Numbered from the whole stretch's first letter, positions 40,301 through 52,119 are shown. The stretch: 63,693 nucleotides of DNA, filler included, from Collodictyon triciliatum (GCA_043381765.1; 7 parts of 7 records of this genome joined end to end with filler, not necessarily neighbours in it); one strand, 5' to 3'. Made by a program: numbers and translations. The notes: generated from the sequence alone by a model not told the origin.

Positions 40301-43300
40301 GTCTGTGAATACGAGGTCGTATTCTCTCTTAGAATCTATGATAATTTCTTCGTATTTGTGGCTCAGAACGGCAATCAGTAGATTAATGAGAAGGATATTA
40401 AATGTGAAAAGGAAGCCAAAGTAGAGAATGGGCCCAAAGACTGGACTGGTCTCGTGTATATCGTCAAAGTCTAATTCACCAAACATGAACGAGCCGAAAC
40501 TATATCCCACATCTTCTCCAGTAGACAATGAAATGACATTCCTTCCCACAACGACATAAATCGCAGTGCCGAAAGCAGCCATGAAAACAATAATCATGAC
40601 TAGAAAGACAATCATCTCGCCAAACATTTTGTGAATCACAGTCAGCAATAGACCAAACTTCTTCTGCACTTGAAGGAAGTAGAGAAATCTTGTCCACGAG
40701 AAAAAGGCCAGCAAACTCAAAAAGTGCTGTTTCGCATAATCGTAACGAACAATCTTTTGGTATGTTTCGAAATCTTCACCCGACGACACACCTCCAGAAT
40801 CATGCGAAAACGAAATGCTGTCGATGTACAGATGTAACCCGAAAGTGACGAAAAGGAATGCAATAATGGATGCGTCGATCCAATTCCATCCTGATGTCAT
40901 GTACAGGCTGATTCCTTCCTCTGCTGCTTGGTCGATTTCATGAATTAAGAAGGATATCGCGTATATGATTAGAATTATCTCCACAGCAAAATTGACCATG
41001 TCGTAGCCTCCATAATTCGGTCGCACAATCGTGAAAATCTTTGTTGTCATGATGTTGCCACCAGACGCGGGATATTCGATCACTTGAACCACATATGCCA
41101 TCAGATGCGCATTATCGCAGGCAATCAGTGCCTCCAAAAAAACCGCCCTTGACTGAGCGTCCAACCATCCACTTCCTTCCAATTCCCCCAAATGTGCGAT
41201 TGCTTCATCTTTACCGACTGGTAAGTCCTCTGCAAAGCCACCTCCGTGATACCAGATGCGCTGCTTCCCGTAAACAGTGATTCCTGACAAGTCGTGGTCT
41301 GTTCTCCATTTGAAGAGCCTGCCAACACCGTACGTACTCCTGTCTTCATTTTCCACGAAATATGAGGACACGCACTTTGTTTTGTCGATACCAGGGGAAG
41401 CTGTCAGGTATGACGGTGGGTAACTCCCGCAGTCCCGAAGTTTAGAGCGAAGCTGGCGAAGTCGGATGGGTGATGCGAGTCGATAATACCTCAGCTTTTC
41501 AGACTCAGTGCTTGCTTGAGATATATTACCGTAAACCCCCCATCCATCGTAGGCAGCTGGAATGAAGCTGTCATTAACATATCTGTAAAATCCATTCTTT
41601 AGTGGGTGCTCATTGTCGTTATGGTTATATAAGAACGTTTCTTCTAATGTTTTGGTAAAATATACGGAAGAAACTCTGTCCGACAGATTTTGATTGGCCG
41701 TATAGATTGAGAGGGCGGTAATGTAAATGATGTAAAGGAAGAAACAGAAATATAAGTTTCCCTGCGGAGACTTTGAAAGAGTTGTCATGCGGCCAAAGAC
41801 CTTGCGCACATGGCTGATTTCCTTATCAAACATTTTAAATCTATTGGCGTCTTTGCCTTCATCTTTCTTCTGGTTTGATAAATGGTTGCTTTGGGATTTA
41901 ACCGGAGCTTCATTTGCGTCATTTGCGTCTTCGACAGAGTACTCCTTTGATGATGTTCCTGGGCCAATGTATGGCATTCCCTGGGTGGCTTCCTCCTCGT
42001 GTGTTTTTCCGATCCAAATGTTGTCGACCTTTTTGGAGACGTTCGGCTGCGACAAAAAATGCTTCGCTTTTGCGTTGCGTGCCTTTTGAATGAAATTTTC
42101 CGGGACTTCATAATTGCCGCGGTGACTTTCTGATCTTTCGGCCTCATTCTTGATCAAGTTGTAGGCATAATAGTCGTACATCACAGGAAGACATGGGTCT
42201 TGAATTGTGGACTTTCGAAATACGTCTAACATGATAAGGACCTTCTCGACAGGCTCCAAAGGATCGTCTTCTATGGATTCCAGCACTTTGATTGCACCAT
42301 CTATTTTGCTGAAATTGTAAAGATTGCCATCAAAATAAATCTCCTTTAGGTGCATGATGCTGCACAATTCTGGTGGCAATGCTAGATATTGAATTTTTTC
42401 AGTTTATCATTTTGTAAGCAAGGGCACAAATACTAGAAATGTCATACAAAATCCACGTCGCAAGAAAAAAAGAAAAAGAAAAAGAAAAAGAAAAAGAAAA
42501 AGAAAAAGAATAAGAAAAGAATAAGAAAAAGAATAAGAAAAAGAATAAGAAAAGTAAAAGTAAAAGTAAAAGTAAAAGTAAAAGTAAAAGTAAAAGTAAA
42601 AGTAAAAGAAAAAATAAAAGAAAGAAGAAAAGAAAAGATAAAACGAAAACGAAAAGATTTATGACTTACCAACTTCATGTTTATCGTACCATTCCTCTGG
42701 GCTCTTCATGTAGTCGATGGACGGATCCTCCAAGATTTCCAACTTGTTATATCTAAGATCCAACCTATGAAGCCTCGACAGCTTGCTTATGAAAGGCGGC
42801 ACTGACGTGATCATGTTGTGACTAATGTCCAGGTCCATCAAATTAGTCAGGTGCTGGATTTCTGTGGGAAATATACGGAATCTGTTTTTCGAGACATCCA
42901 ACAAGGTGAGCCTGGTCAGATATTTTGAGAAATGGCTTAATGATGTCATCGCTCTTTTGGAAATGTTCAGGCCCTTCTCTCGTTTTTGGTAGTTTTCCCA
43001 CAAGACATCCTCATTCTTGTCAGAGCAGCTGAGCTTTATGGTGTCTATCTCCAAAAACATGTTGATGTTTTCGGGGATGCCAGAAAAATTATTATTTTGG
43101 ATGTCTAGAGTTTTCAACTTTCTCAGCTCAACGAGTTCCAGAGGAATGGAGCTAAACCTATTGGATGATATTCCGAGATACTCGAGGTAATACAGATTCT
43201 TGATGCTGTTTGGCAGGGAGTCCACAAGGTTTCCATGGAGAGATAAACTGACGATCAGCTTCATAGCAGTGAAAATGTCGGGTATTTCGTCGAGCTGATT

Positions 43301-44992
43301 CCCAGAAAAAGAAAGAATTTTCATCGAACTAAGCTCAGAGATACACTCAGGTAGCACGGATATTCTATTATGCGACACATTGAGCTCAGTCAGCTTTCGC
43401 AAATGCGATATATCGGCGGGCAAAGATGTCAGCTCATTTCTTTCCATGCTCAGAACCTCGAGTCTGGTTAAGTCATACAACTTGGGCGGTTGTTCGATGC
43501 CATTTGAATCAAGAAGCAGAATCTTAAGTCTTGGGAGACTGAGAAAGTCTTCGACGCTTTTCAATGCATTTTTTCGTATATCGAGTCTTGTCAAACCCCC
43601 AGCGGCAGGCGCTGTTTGTGTTTTCTTACTTGGAAGAATTGATATTTGGTTTGCGCTGATGTCGAGCTCTCTCAGGGATGTAATAGCGAAAATATCGTAC
43701 GGAATTTCGTGCAGCCTGTTGTTGGATGCCCGAATTGATGATACTTTTGGCAGCGTAGAGTAATCATAATTAAGAGATGACAGTTGGTTGAAGGACAAGT
43801 CTACTGACTCCAGGCAGGAAAACCCATCCACCTGACTGGCTTGCAATAGACGATTTCCAGAGGCATTCAGCTCACGGAGAATGCTTTTTGGAATCCCAGA
43901 TAGGCTGCTAAGTTTGTTTTCTGAAAGATCAATTATCATGAGCTGTGTTAGATATGATAGCGCGTCCGGTATCTTACTGAGGTCGCACTTGCGGAGGCAC
44001 AGATTGGTTACATTCGCCATGTCTTTCAGTATGTGGGCTTTTTGGTCGAAGGTGGCATTATCTGAAAGATTCAGTGATCTTATGGTTGTTAGGCCAGTGA
44101 AGTAATAGGACCCCATCTCATTCAAGCTCCATGGGCCATTCAAGACAAGGCGGCCTCCATTCATCGATTTCCCGTGGGTAAAGACTCCGTGATTTGTCAT
44201 CTGGTCAATCTCCCAGTAGTGCAGACGAGCTAGGAAACTTACGAGGTCGCATGTTATATCGAGTTTGCTGTTCTGGCCAACGAGCAGGTCCTTCAAACTG
44301 GTTAAATGAACGAACAGTTCATCTATATTTACCAGCTCGTTGTTTGTCAGGTCCAGAGTTTCCAATCCAGCGAGGTGAGGAATGATTTCGGATGGAATTT
44401 TACTTAGGCGGTTGCTTCTCCATGAGAGCTTCTTGACGCCGTTCAGAGGAGAGCCTTGTCCAAGATACTTTTGCGATAACCGAAGACATGTGTCGTAGTG
44501 TGTTGTCTTGATTCGAAGACTCCTTGAGTTTATCTCATATAAAACCCGATACTCTAGCATTTCTGATATCTGGCCATACTCGAGGCGGATATTGATGGCC
44601 CTGTCCTTTGGAATCATCTCCAACAACGCAATCGGATTTGGGTTTCCATCGATGCATATTTCCTCGAGATTCGTCAAACTAGACAAGCTCAACGGCAATT
44701 GGAGAAAACAGTTGTTGCTCAGATCTAGATGAGCCAGGTTCTTTAGCAATGTTATTTCGGGAGGAAGAGAGTCGAATCGATTGTTGCAAAGCTTCAGGGA
44801 TTCAAGCACTGAGAGGCCGCCCATACTGACCATGGAATCTGGAAGGGTGAGTGGCATTTCATTAGGCAATACGTTGTATCGATGCAATTGCAGATCGTCT
44901 ACTGGTCCCACGCCCACCCCATCATCTCGAATGCCACGAGGACCTGCTGGCTCGGACCTGAAGTAGATCAGCTCCACGGTCTTGAGCTTCTT
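37306..44992 (-). CDS. Giant leucine-rich-repeat + polycystin (PKD2/TRPP-type) cation channel + SPRY-domain protein, more than 2200 aa, 5'-partial at scaffold end
   Basis: Exon 44992-42670: about two dozen LxxLxLxxNxL repeats. Intron GAA GTT G|GTAAGT...CTAG|CA joins in frame to exon 42381-39916 containing a last LRR, the polycystin TOP domain (PIRLRQLR, YHGGGF, GWLDAQSRAVFLE) and 6 TM helices (SGWNWID; FGELDF; ILLINLLIAVLSHKYEEI). Small exons 39810-39180 have uncertain boundaries. Exon about 39097-37885 is SPRY-like (IFYFEAQM...NDIFGVGI...FFFTING...LFPFV...INLGDKP). Last exon about 37738-37306 ends at TAA. Confidence 0.85.
42463..42655. repeat. Compound hexamer microsatellite (AAAAAG/AATAAG/AAAAGT) in the intron between the LRR and channel exons
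   Basis: Direct reading. Confidence 0.9.
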
Positions 44993-44993
44993 G

Positions 44994-45093
44994 NNNNNNN
45001 NNNNNNNNNNNNNNNNNNNNNNNNNNNNNNNNNNNNNTTAATTAATTAANNNNNNNNNNNNNNNNNNNNNNNNNNNNNNNNNNNNNNNNNNNN
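44994..45093. other. Artificial scaffold linker
   Basis: TTAATTAATTAA at 45038-45049 flanked by N. Confidence 0.97.
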
Positions 45094-45460
45094 AGAAGAG
45101 AAGAGAAGAGAAGAGAAGAGAAGAGAAGAGAAGAGAAGAGAAGAGAAGAGAAGAGAAAAGAAGAGAAAAGAAGAGAAAAGAAGAGAAAAGAAGAGAAAAG
45201 AAGAGAAAAGAAGAGAAAGGAAGAGAAAGGAAGAGAAAGGAAGAGAAAAGAAGAGAAAAGAAGAGAAAAGAAGAGAAAAGAAGAGAAAAGAAGAGAAAAG
45301 AAGAGAAAAAGTGAAAAAGTGAAAAAGTGAAAAAGTGAAAAAGTGAAAAAGTGAAAAAGTGAAAAAGTGAAAAAGTGAAAAAGTGAAAAGGTGAAAAGGT
45401 GAAAAAGTGAAAAGGTGAAAAAGTGAAAAAGTGAAAAATGAAAAGTGAAAAGAAGAGAAG
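45094..45460. repeat. Compound repeat (AGAAG)n - (AAGAGAAAAG)n - (AAAAGTGA)n
   Basis: Direct reading. Confidence 0.93.
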
Positions 45461-45502
45461 ATTGCCAAGCGACACAGATATAGAAAGCATAGAAAAGCAA
45501 AC

Positions 45503-45982
45503 CTGATTGTCATGCAGGCTGCGCTGCAAGCAAACACCTGCAGAAACAGAAGCAACCTTTGAAGCCGCCTGTGATTCTTGCGCAACAACGGCCTCAGACG
45601 ACTTCTTTGCGCGCTCCTTCGAGCGAATAGTCCGCGGACTCGGGACGTTTCCGATGCTTTTCGGAGTCGGCGCTGCGGGCTTCTTTGGGGTTCGATGAAG
45701 GATGCTTTGCACGGCTCCAACAGAGACGAGTGTTGCTGCGAGTGCATCGACAAACGCATCCTCCGAACAGAACGAGTCGGCGTCTGCATTCGGAGAATGG
45801 AACGGCGTGTGCAGCAAAAGCAGCGACGAGGACTTTGAAGACTCGGAGGGCAGCGAAAGGCTCGAGCGGAGCTGCGGTTGGTAATACTCTGTCTCGGTGG
45901 AAAGCAGGCTTTGGCAAAGACCTTCGTCCGTGCTGCTCAGATCGATCTGCCGCAGGAGACTCTTCACCGCCACGAGTTCCAT
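45503..45982 (-). CDS. Hypothetical Ser/Ala-rich protein, single visible exon, truncated at scaffold end
   Basis: GC-rich open frame MELVAVKSLLRQIDL...HDNQ ends at CAG|GTTTGC donor before a microsatellite. No recognisable motif. Confidence 0.45.
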
Positions 45983-45989
45983 GCGGTCC

Positions 45990-46205
45990 TGTTTTAATGT
46001 TTTTATGTTTTTTTATGTTTTTTTATGTTTTTTATGTTTTTTTATGTTTTTTTATGTTTTAATGTTTTTATGTTTTTATGTTTTTTTATGTTTTTTTATG
46101 TTTTTTTATGTTTTTTTTATGTTTTTTTTATGTTTTTTTTATGTTTTTATGTTTTTATGTTTTTTGATGTTTTTATGTTCTTTGATGTTTTTTTGTTTTT
46201 ATGGT
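45990..46205. repeat. Degenerate (Tn-ATG) repeat
   Basis: Direct reading. Confidence 0.85.
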
Positions 46206-46505
46206 TTTCTTCTGAAGTAATCGTTGTGTCACCCATGATTTCCTTCCTTCGCAATCCAGAAAAGGCGATATCCATGCGCATTACTGGCGTTCTGTTTCTT
46301 CATTCCTTATTTGGAATGATTGCGCTGTTTTCGGCACACACCTTTCCAACCACCAAAGATAAAGATAAAGATAAAGAAAGAATATGAATCCATTTCTTTT
46401 TCGGCGATTCTTGAGAGTTCTTACACCAGTATGTTGGTGGGATACACTTCAGATCACGAGCAATCATGAATCGAGAGAAATTGATATGGGCAGATACGAA
46501 GAACT

Positions 46506-48737
46506 TTAATCTCTTCCGGTCGGTGTATTTTGTGGTTGTGGATGCTGTTGCAATATTTGCTCGGTGATTGTGGGTTGATTGGGGTCCGAACTGTGCATCG
46601 CCGGTCTCTTGCTTCTGTTGGGCATCTTTGGGAGTTGCTCTGTGGCCATGTGCTGATTCGAGTTCCGTTTTCGTTTTCCTGTTAAATGTTTCAGAGGTTG
46701 AAAGTAAATAGCGCGAAAGTTGCTAAGGATTTACTTCTGGGGTCGAACAGATGAGATGAAACGGAAGAAAAAAGAAAAGCTCGATAATACTCTTTCATTC
46801 TATATTCTTTTCAATAAAAAAAAAATCAAACAAAATATTTAAGAGTGTGCCAAACCTGAAAACTCGGGATTTGCTGACCATTGAGCCAAGCCCTGTTTCG
46901 AGATGAAAACATAGCACAAATTAATATGAAAAAATGAATTAAAAGTTGCTTGACGGTGGGTGGCTGTTTTCCATTGTGAAATATTTACGTTCCGTTGCGC
47001 CATCTTGATAAAACAGCGAGAGGTAGAAAGCGTTTGACGCACTGTAGCCTTCCACCTGACACAGGAGCTTTGCCTTGGTGTGAATCAAATAAATCAGTTT
47101 TTTAAACAAAAATTAAATCGGCTGTTTTCGTTTCTTGTGCAAAGGTATGATATCAACTCATCAGGATATCCATTAGTCCATCAAAATAAGTCCATTTCCA
47201 TATTGCATGTGTATCTGAAGAGGGATAAAAAAAAACCTGAAATACGGATATTTTTGACAAAGGTGGTCTATAATTATTAAATTCAGTTATATGACAGGAA
47301 TCTATGAACTGAAGAGCTGATGCGATACAACACAATAAGTCAGAGAGAAATAATGAGAATAAGAAGAAAAGGGAAAAGAGAGGAAATTGAAAAATACAGA
47401 AAATGAAGAACGAATAGGAGACAATTACTACCACATATCTCTGGAAATGTCATGGCTGGAAGTTTTGAATCTTCAAGAATACCAAAAATCAGAGAGGCGT
47501 ATGAAAGGGTGGGCTTGGAATCGGTGAACATCTCTTCTGGTTGGGTATTATCTATTTATTGAAACATCATATATATATATATATCAGGTGTCAAAATCGA
47601 GAAACAATACAAAAATTAACATAACTATATAGCAATAGACATAATCTTATATAGGAAATTTTCGAGGGTGAGAGAATAGCATAAAGAGAACCTGTCGCCC
47701 GAGATGAATCCTCTACGTATTCTGTGCTTAAATCGTCTGTCGCTGGTGGCTTGTTAAGTGACTTGAGGAACCCGATAGTTGGTTGGGGAAGCAAGAAATA
47801 AAATGATATATCACCAATCTCCACAAATGACCGGTTTGGTATATTCGTGCGCATTCCATCTGAGAGCTCATCTCCATTTACTATGTAAGTTTAGTTCCCA
47901 TATTATTATTGTTGTTGTTATTTTAAAAAAAGTATTCAAATGGCAAAAGGTAAATTAAAAATACGCGACATTGAGAGAAAGCTATAGCAGAATATATTAA
48001 TTGGCAAGTATACCCAAAATTAATAACTGTAATTAAATCTAAAAGCATTTCATTATTATTTTTTTTTGTTCATTCACAGATAAATCTTACATATGACGGG
48101 GTTTCGGCCAAGGCACGTCAGTTCATACATTCCAGTCTCTTGGTTGTAGGCTATTCGAGCGTGTTCATGCGAAATATTTCTCTAGTAAAATGATAAAATT
48201 ATTACAGTTTTGGTATTGAATTACTTGGCGGAATAAGCATAAATAATGTAAGGACAACTCCGCCATGAAAAAGTGGTTTACATCACAGCCCAGATGAACA
48301 TCCGCAGTTGATCGATTAGACGTATTCCGGCCAAGTATTATCGTCAACTTTCTCATGTAGTGCTCAAAATTTAACCCTCTGAATGATTTGCTTTATTTAC
48401 TATTTTTCTGGTTATTGTCTCTTCTTTTTCTTTTCTTTTTTTTGAAAAGATAAAGAAAAATATTACTTGATATTCTAGAATGCCAAGGCAAGAAAAAAAT
48501 GAAGAAAAATAACACGGACACTTGTTTTTGAGATATTTGTTGAAAAAATAACATGAGCAAAAGCAAAAAAAAAAAAAAAAAAAAAAAAACAATAGAAAAA
48601 AAAAAGAGAAAGAAAAAAATTTAAAATTCGTTATATTNNNNNNNNNNNNNNNNNNNNNNNNNNNNNNNNNNNNNNNNNNNNNNNNNNNNNNNNNNNNNNN
48701 NNNNNNNNNNNNNNNNNNNNNNNNNNNNNNNNNNNNN

Positions 48738-48775
<38 letters not shown>

Positions 48776-48785
48776 TTTTAAAAAA

Positions 48786-48845
<60 letters not shown>

Positions 48846-51322
48846 TGTAGAAGCGCATAGGCGTAAGGAATAGCTTTATTATTCGTGACATTTCTCAACG
48901 TCTCCCTAATGAATTGTATTTGAATGTCAAGTTAATTATCAAACATATGCCCTGATTTATTTCATCATATAGTACCTAGGGAAATCAACAGTGAGGCCTC
49001 CAGGAAAGTTTAGTTTTAACTCGACGTTTTGTTTGCCGTCGTCAGATTCAGAATCATCTGCTTCGTTCATATCAGCACTTTCCTTTTTTCTAAATGATAC
49101 CTTCAGAGAGTCTGGTATTTTCCCAGCCTTCAATAAAGCTTGGTACAAACTTTTGCACTATATTATTTTCCCCATAATATACAGGTAAAATCTACAGTGA
49201 GAAGATTATTGACATACACATGCATATCAAAAGATGTTACGTAAATTTTGATAGCTATACAAACGGCAAGAGAAACATTGATTATTTTAGATATTCTGAA
49301 AAATCTGACGATAGAATAACTTTAATTTAACCTGAGAACCTATTCGCCCACATATGTGCCTCGAGAGAAACCCCCATCCTCTTCGTGGAAAGAATCTCTT
49401 TTCCTGTCAAAGTATTGCACCATTCATTATAATCGATGAAAAATAATATAATATAATATAATGTAATAGAATAGAATAGAATAGAATAGAATAGAATAGA
49501 ATAGAATAGAATAGAATAGAATAGAATAGAATAGAATAGAATAGAATAGAATAGAATAGAATANNNNNNNNNNNNNNNNNNNNNNNNNNNNNNNNNNNNN
49601 NNNNNNNNNNNNNNNNNNNNNNNNNNNNNNNNNNNNNNNNNNNNNNNNNNNNNNNNNNNNNNNAGAAGAGAATAGAAGAGAATAGAAGAGAATAGAAGAG
49701 AAGAGAAGAGAAGAGAAGAGAAGAGAAGAGAAGAGAAGAGAAGAGAAGAGAAGAGAAGAGAAGAGAAGAGAAGAGAAGAGAAGAGAAGAGAAGAGAAGAG
49801 AAGAGAAGAAAAGAGAAGAGAAGAGAAGAGAAGAGAAACAGAGCAATCTAACATGATTCTTTAAGGATAAGATACCCTTAACAATTTAAAAAAACACTCC
49901 TTTTCCTCCCTAGTCCACTTTGAGGTCATTTGAACCTCTCCTGGCTCGAGATGGTGGTAATAGAACAAATTAGAATCGACTCCGTATAGACTGAATGCTT
50001 TTCTTTTCATGTCGGGCCATGAGTAGTATTCCGATGGTATCTTCCAATCGATGCAAAGCGACATGAAAGGTTAAAAAGGGTATTGCTAGTTTTTGCAAAT
50101 GCTTCATGTTGCATGAGCCCAGCAATGGATCAAAGATTAAAAATAAACATAAAAAATGGAGCTAAGAAGTGAGTGCGACGCAGTGCGTTTCGCCTTGGAC
50201 ATTAAATTCAATTGTTTGACATACCTCCAAGATGCAATCTTGCTCTCCACTAACGGGAATATTTTTTTTGTGTTGCATACTCATCTCCCTTTTTATCTGC
50301 AGAATGAAGGAATTCAAATTCATCTTTTTCCCAGTTGGATGTTTGGCATTTAAAGCTGAATCTAATTCCTCTCCAAGGGCGTCGTTTTGCTTGCTCAGAT
50401 ATTCATGACCACTATTCACCATTTGTCTAACAGTACCACAGCTTGACGCTACATTTGAATCGTTTGAACATAGAAAGGATGCAGCAGGCGCAGTTTCGTC
50501 CGCATTCAATAGCGATGTTGTAGATAGGGGCATTGTCGAGAGCGATCGATTAAGTATATTTTTTTCAAGCCTTGCGAGGGGTAATTCATAACAGACTATT
50601 TAGGGAGTGGTGTACCTTCAGCGAAGCTAGAATTATAATCTATAATGTGGGCTGTGGCATGCGATACATCGACGTCATCAACAACATCAATTAACTCATC
50701 ATCTTCATTTTTCCCACTCATTTGTCGATCATCAAGAACAGTCGAAGGTTGAGATGTACTTTCAAGACGTTCCTTTCCCAAAATTTATTATTTATTTTAT
50801 GATTGCTTTTGAAATTCAAAACATAAACATGAAACATGAAACATGAAGCATGAAGCATGAACATTAAACATAATTAAAACATTAAAACATTAAAACATTA
50901 AAACATTAAACATAATTCATAACATAAACATTAAACATAATCGTAATCGTAATATCATATCATACCTGAAGTTGCATGTGGCCCTGGTGTCTGCTGCGAG
51001 CACGAAGATGAACTGCTTTTGCGGCAACATGCTGCTGCGCTTTTGCGGTCGACACGAGCACAGCCGGGGTTTGGGGCGGGATGTTTGGGAGAAGCGCGCC
51101 GGAGAGCAGAGTCGGCCGCGGCGGGGCGGAGCGAAAGGCAACCGCAGTAACACGAAGCGGAGTCGCAGACGAGGTTGACTGCAAAGGCGAATGCGAGTGT
51201 GGATGCACGAGAAAGAAAGGCGCAGGCATCGGCAGAGTTTCGAGGGGTTGAGTCACGGGCTGTGTGGAGATCGGCGGCGGCTCTCTGCGGAAGGGAGAGG
51301 CTTGTTCCGTTGGATCGCCCAT
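46506..51322 (-). CDS. Transcription factor with Pro-rich N-terminus, Myb/SANT-like domain, FHA domain and divergent forkhead (winged-helix) domain, about 14 exons
   Basis: Spliced: MGDPTEQ...; NLFYYHHLEPGEVQMTSKWTREEKECFFKLLR|EKRFFPRRGWGFLSRHICGRIGSQ|CKSLYQALL (Myb-like); AYALLQ|GLNFEHYMRKLTIILGRN...DVHLG..|RNISHEHARIAYN...LGRN...NG...VEIGDISFYFLLP (FoxK/Fhl1-type FHA); KPTLSYASLIFGIL...MTFPEIC|DHLCQKYPYFR|...WKATVRQTLSTSRCFIKM...|GLAQWSANP (forkhead). TAA at 46508-46506. Confidence 0.82.
49466..49836. repeat. (ATAGA)n/(AGAAG)n pentamer repeats spanning a gap, intronic
   Basis: Direct reading. Confidence 0.93.
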
Positions 51323-51409
51323 GCAGCAGTGGCGCCTTGGCCTGCCTGGAGGCTGCTCTTTGTCGGGTCATTCTTTTATTGTTCCTTTCTTCTTGTTCTT
51401 CTTTTCTAT

Positions 51410-51461
<52 letters not shown>

Positions 51462-51561
51462 NNNNNNNNNNNNNNNNNNNNNNNNNNNNNNNNNNNNNNN
51501 NNNNNTTAATTAATTAANNNNNNNNNNNNNNNNNNNNNNNNNNNNNNNNNNNNNNNNNNNN
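51462..51561. other. Artificial scaffold linker
   Basis: TTAATTAATTAA at 51506-51517 flanked by N. Confidence 0.97.
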
Positions 51562-52087
51562 TTTGTTTTTGTTTTTGTTTTTGTTTTTGTTTTTGTTTTT
51601 GTTTTTGTTTTTGTTTTTGTTTTTGTTTTTGTTTTTGTTTTTTCTTTTTTGTTTTTCACAAAAAGAAATCATGTATGCCTCTGCAAACACTCTTTACTTC
51701 GCCCTGTATTATGTGACAGAACGCGCAAAGAAACGCAGCTGACAAAAGCAAATGTTTCAAATCGCAAACTTTCCGCTCATTTCACATTCCCGATTCACAG
51801 CAGAATGAACTCGCCTCCAAAAAACACAGTCCGCACGTCAACACGAGCAAACTCGGTCGTCGCTCAGAGTGGATCGGCGAGCATGAAAGGTATTGTTTTT
51901 CGCGTTTGAACAGTTACAGTCCAGCTCGGTTAGATCTACAGTAACCCAAAAATAAAATATTGAAAACACACACGTATATAAGAAAGCAACAAAAACAAAC
52001 AAAAAACACACAATAAAACACATAAGAAAAGAAAAGAAACATACAAAACACAAGAGCAAATAACAAAGACAAGAGACAAATAACTTG

Positions 52088-52119
<32 letters not shown>

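Noticed and set aside
44994-45982. ORF 45038-45982 as the N-terminus of the LRR-channel gene
   Set aside because: Separated by an artificial scaffold linker, so there is no evidence of linkage.
50596-50615. Possible 20-nt micro-intron (GTACACCACTCCCTAAATAG) in the Myb-FHA-forkhead gene
   Set aside because: A downstream phase-compatible acceptor (aatgtag|CG, near 50450) gives an ordinary intron of about 165 nt. Cannot be favoured without RNA data.
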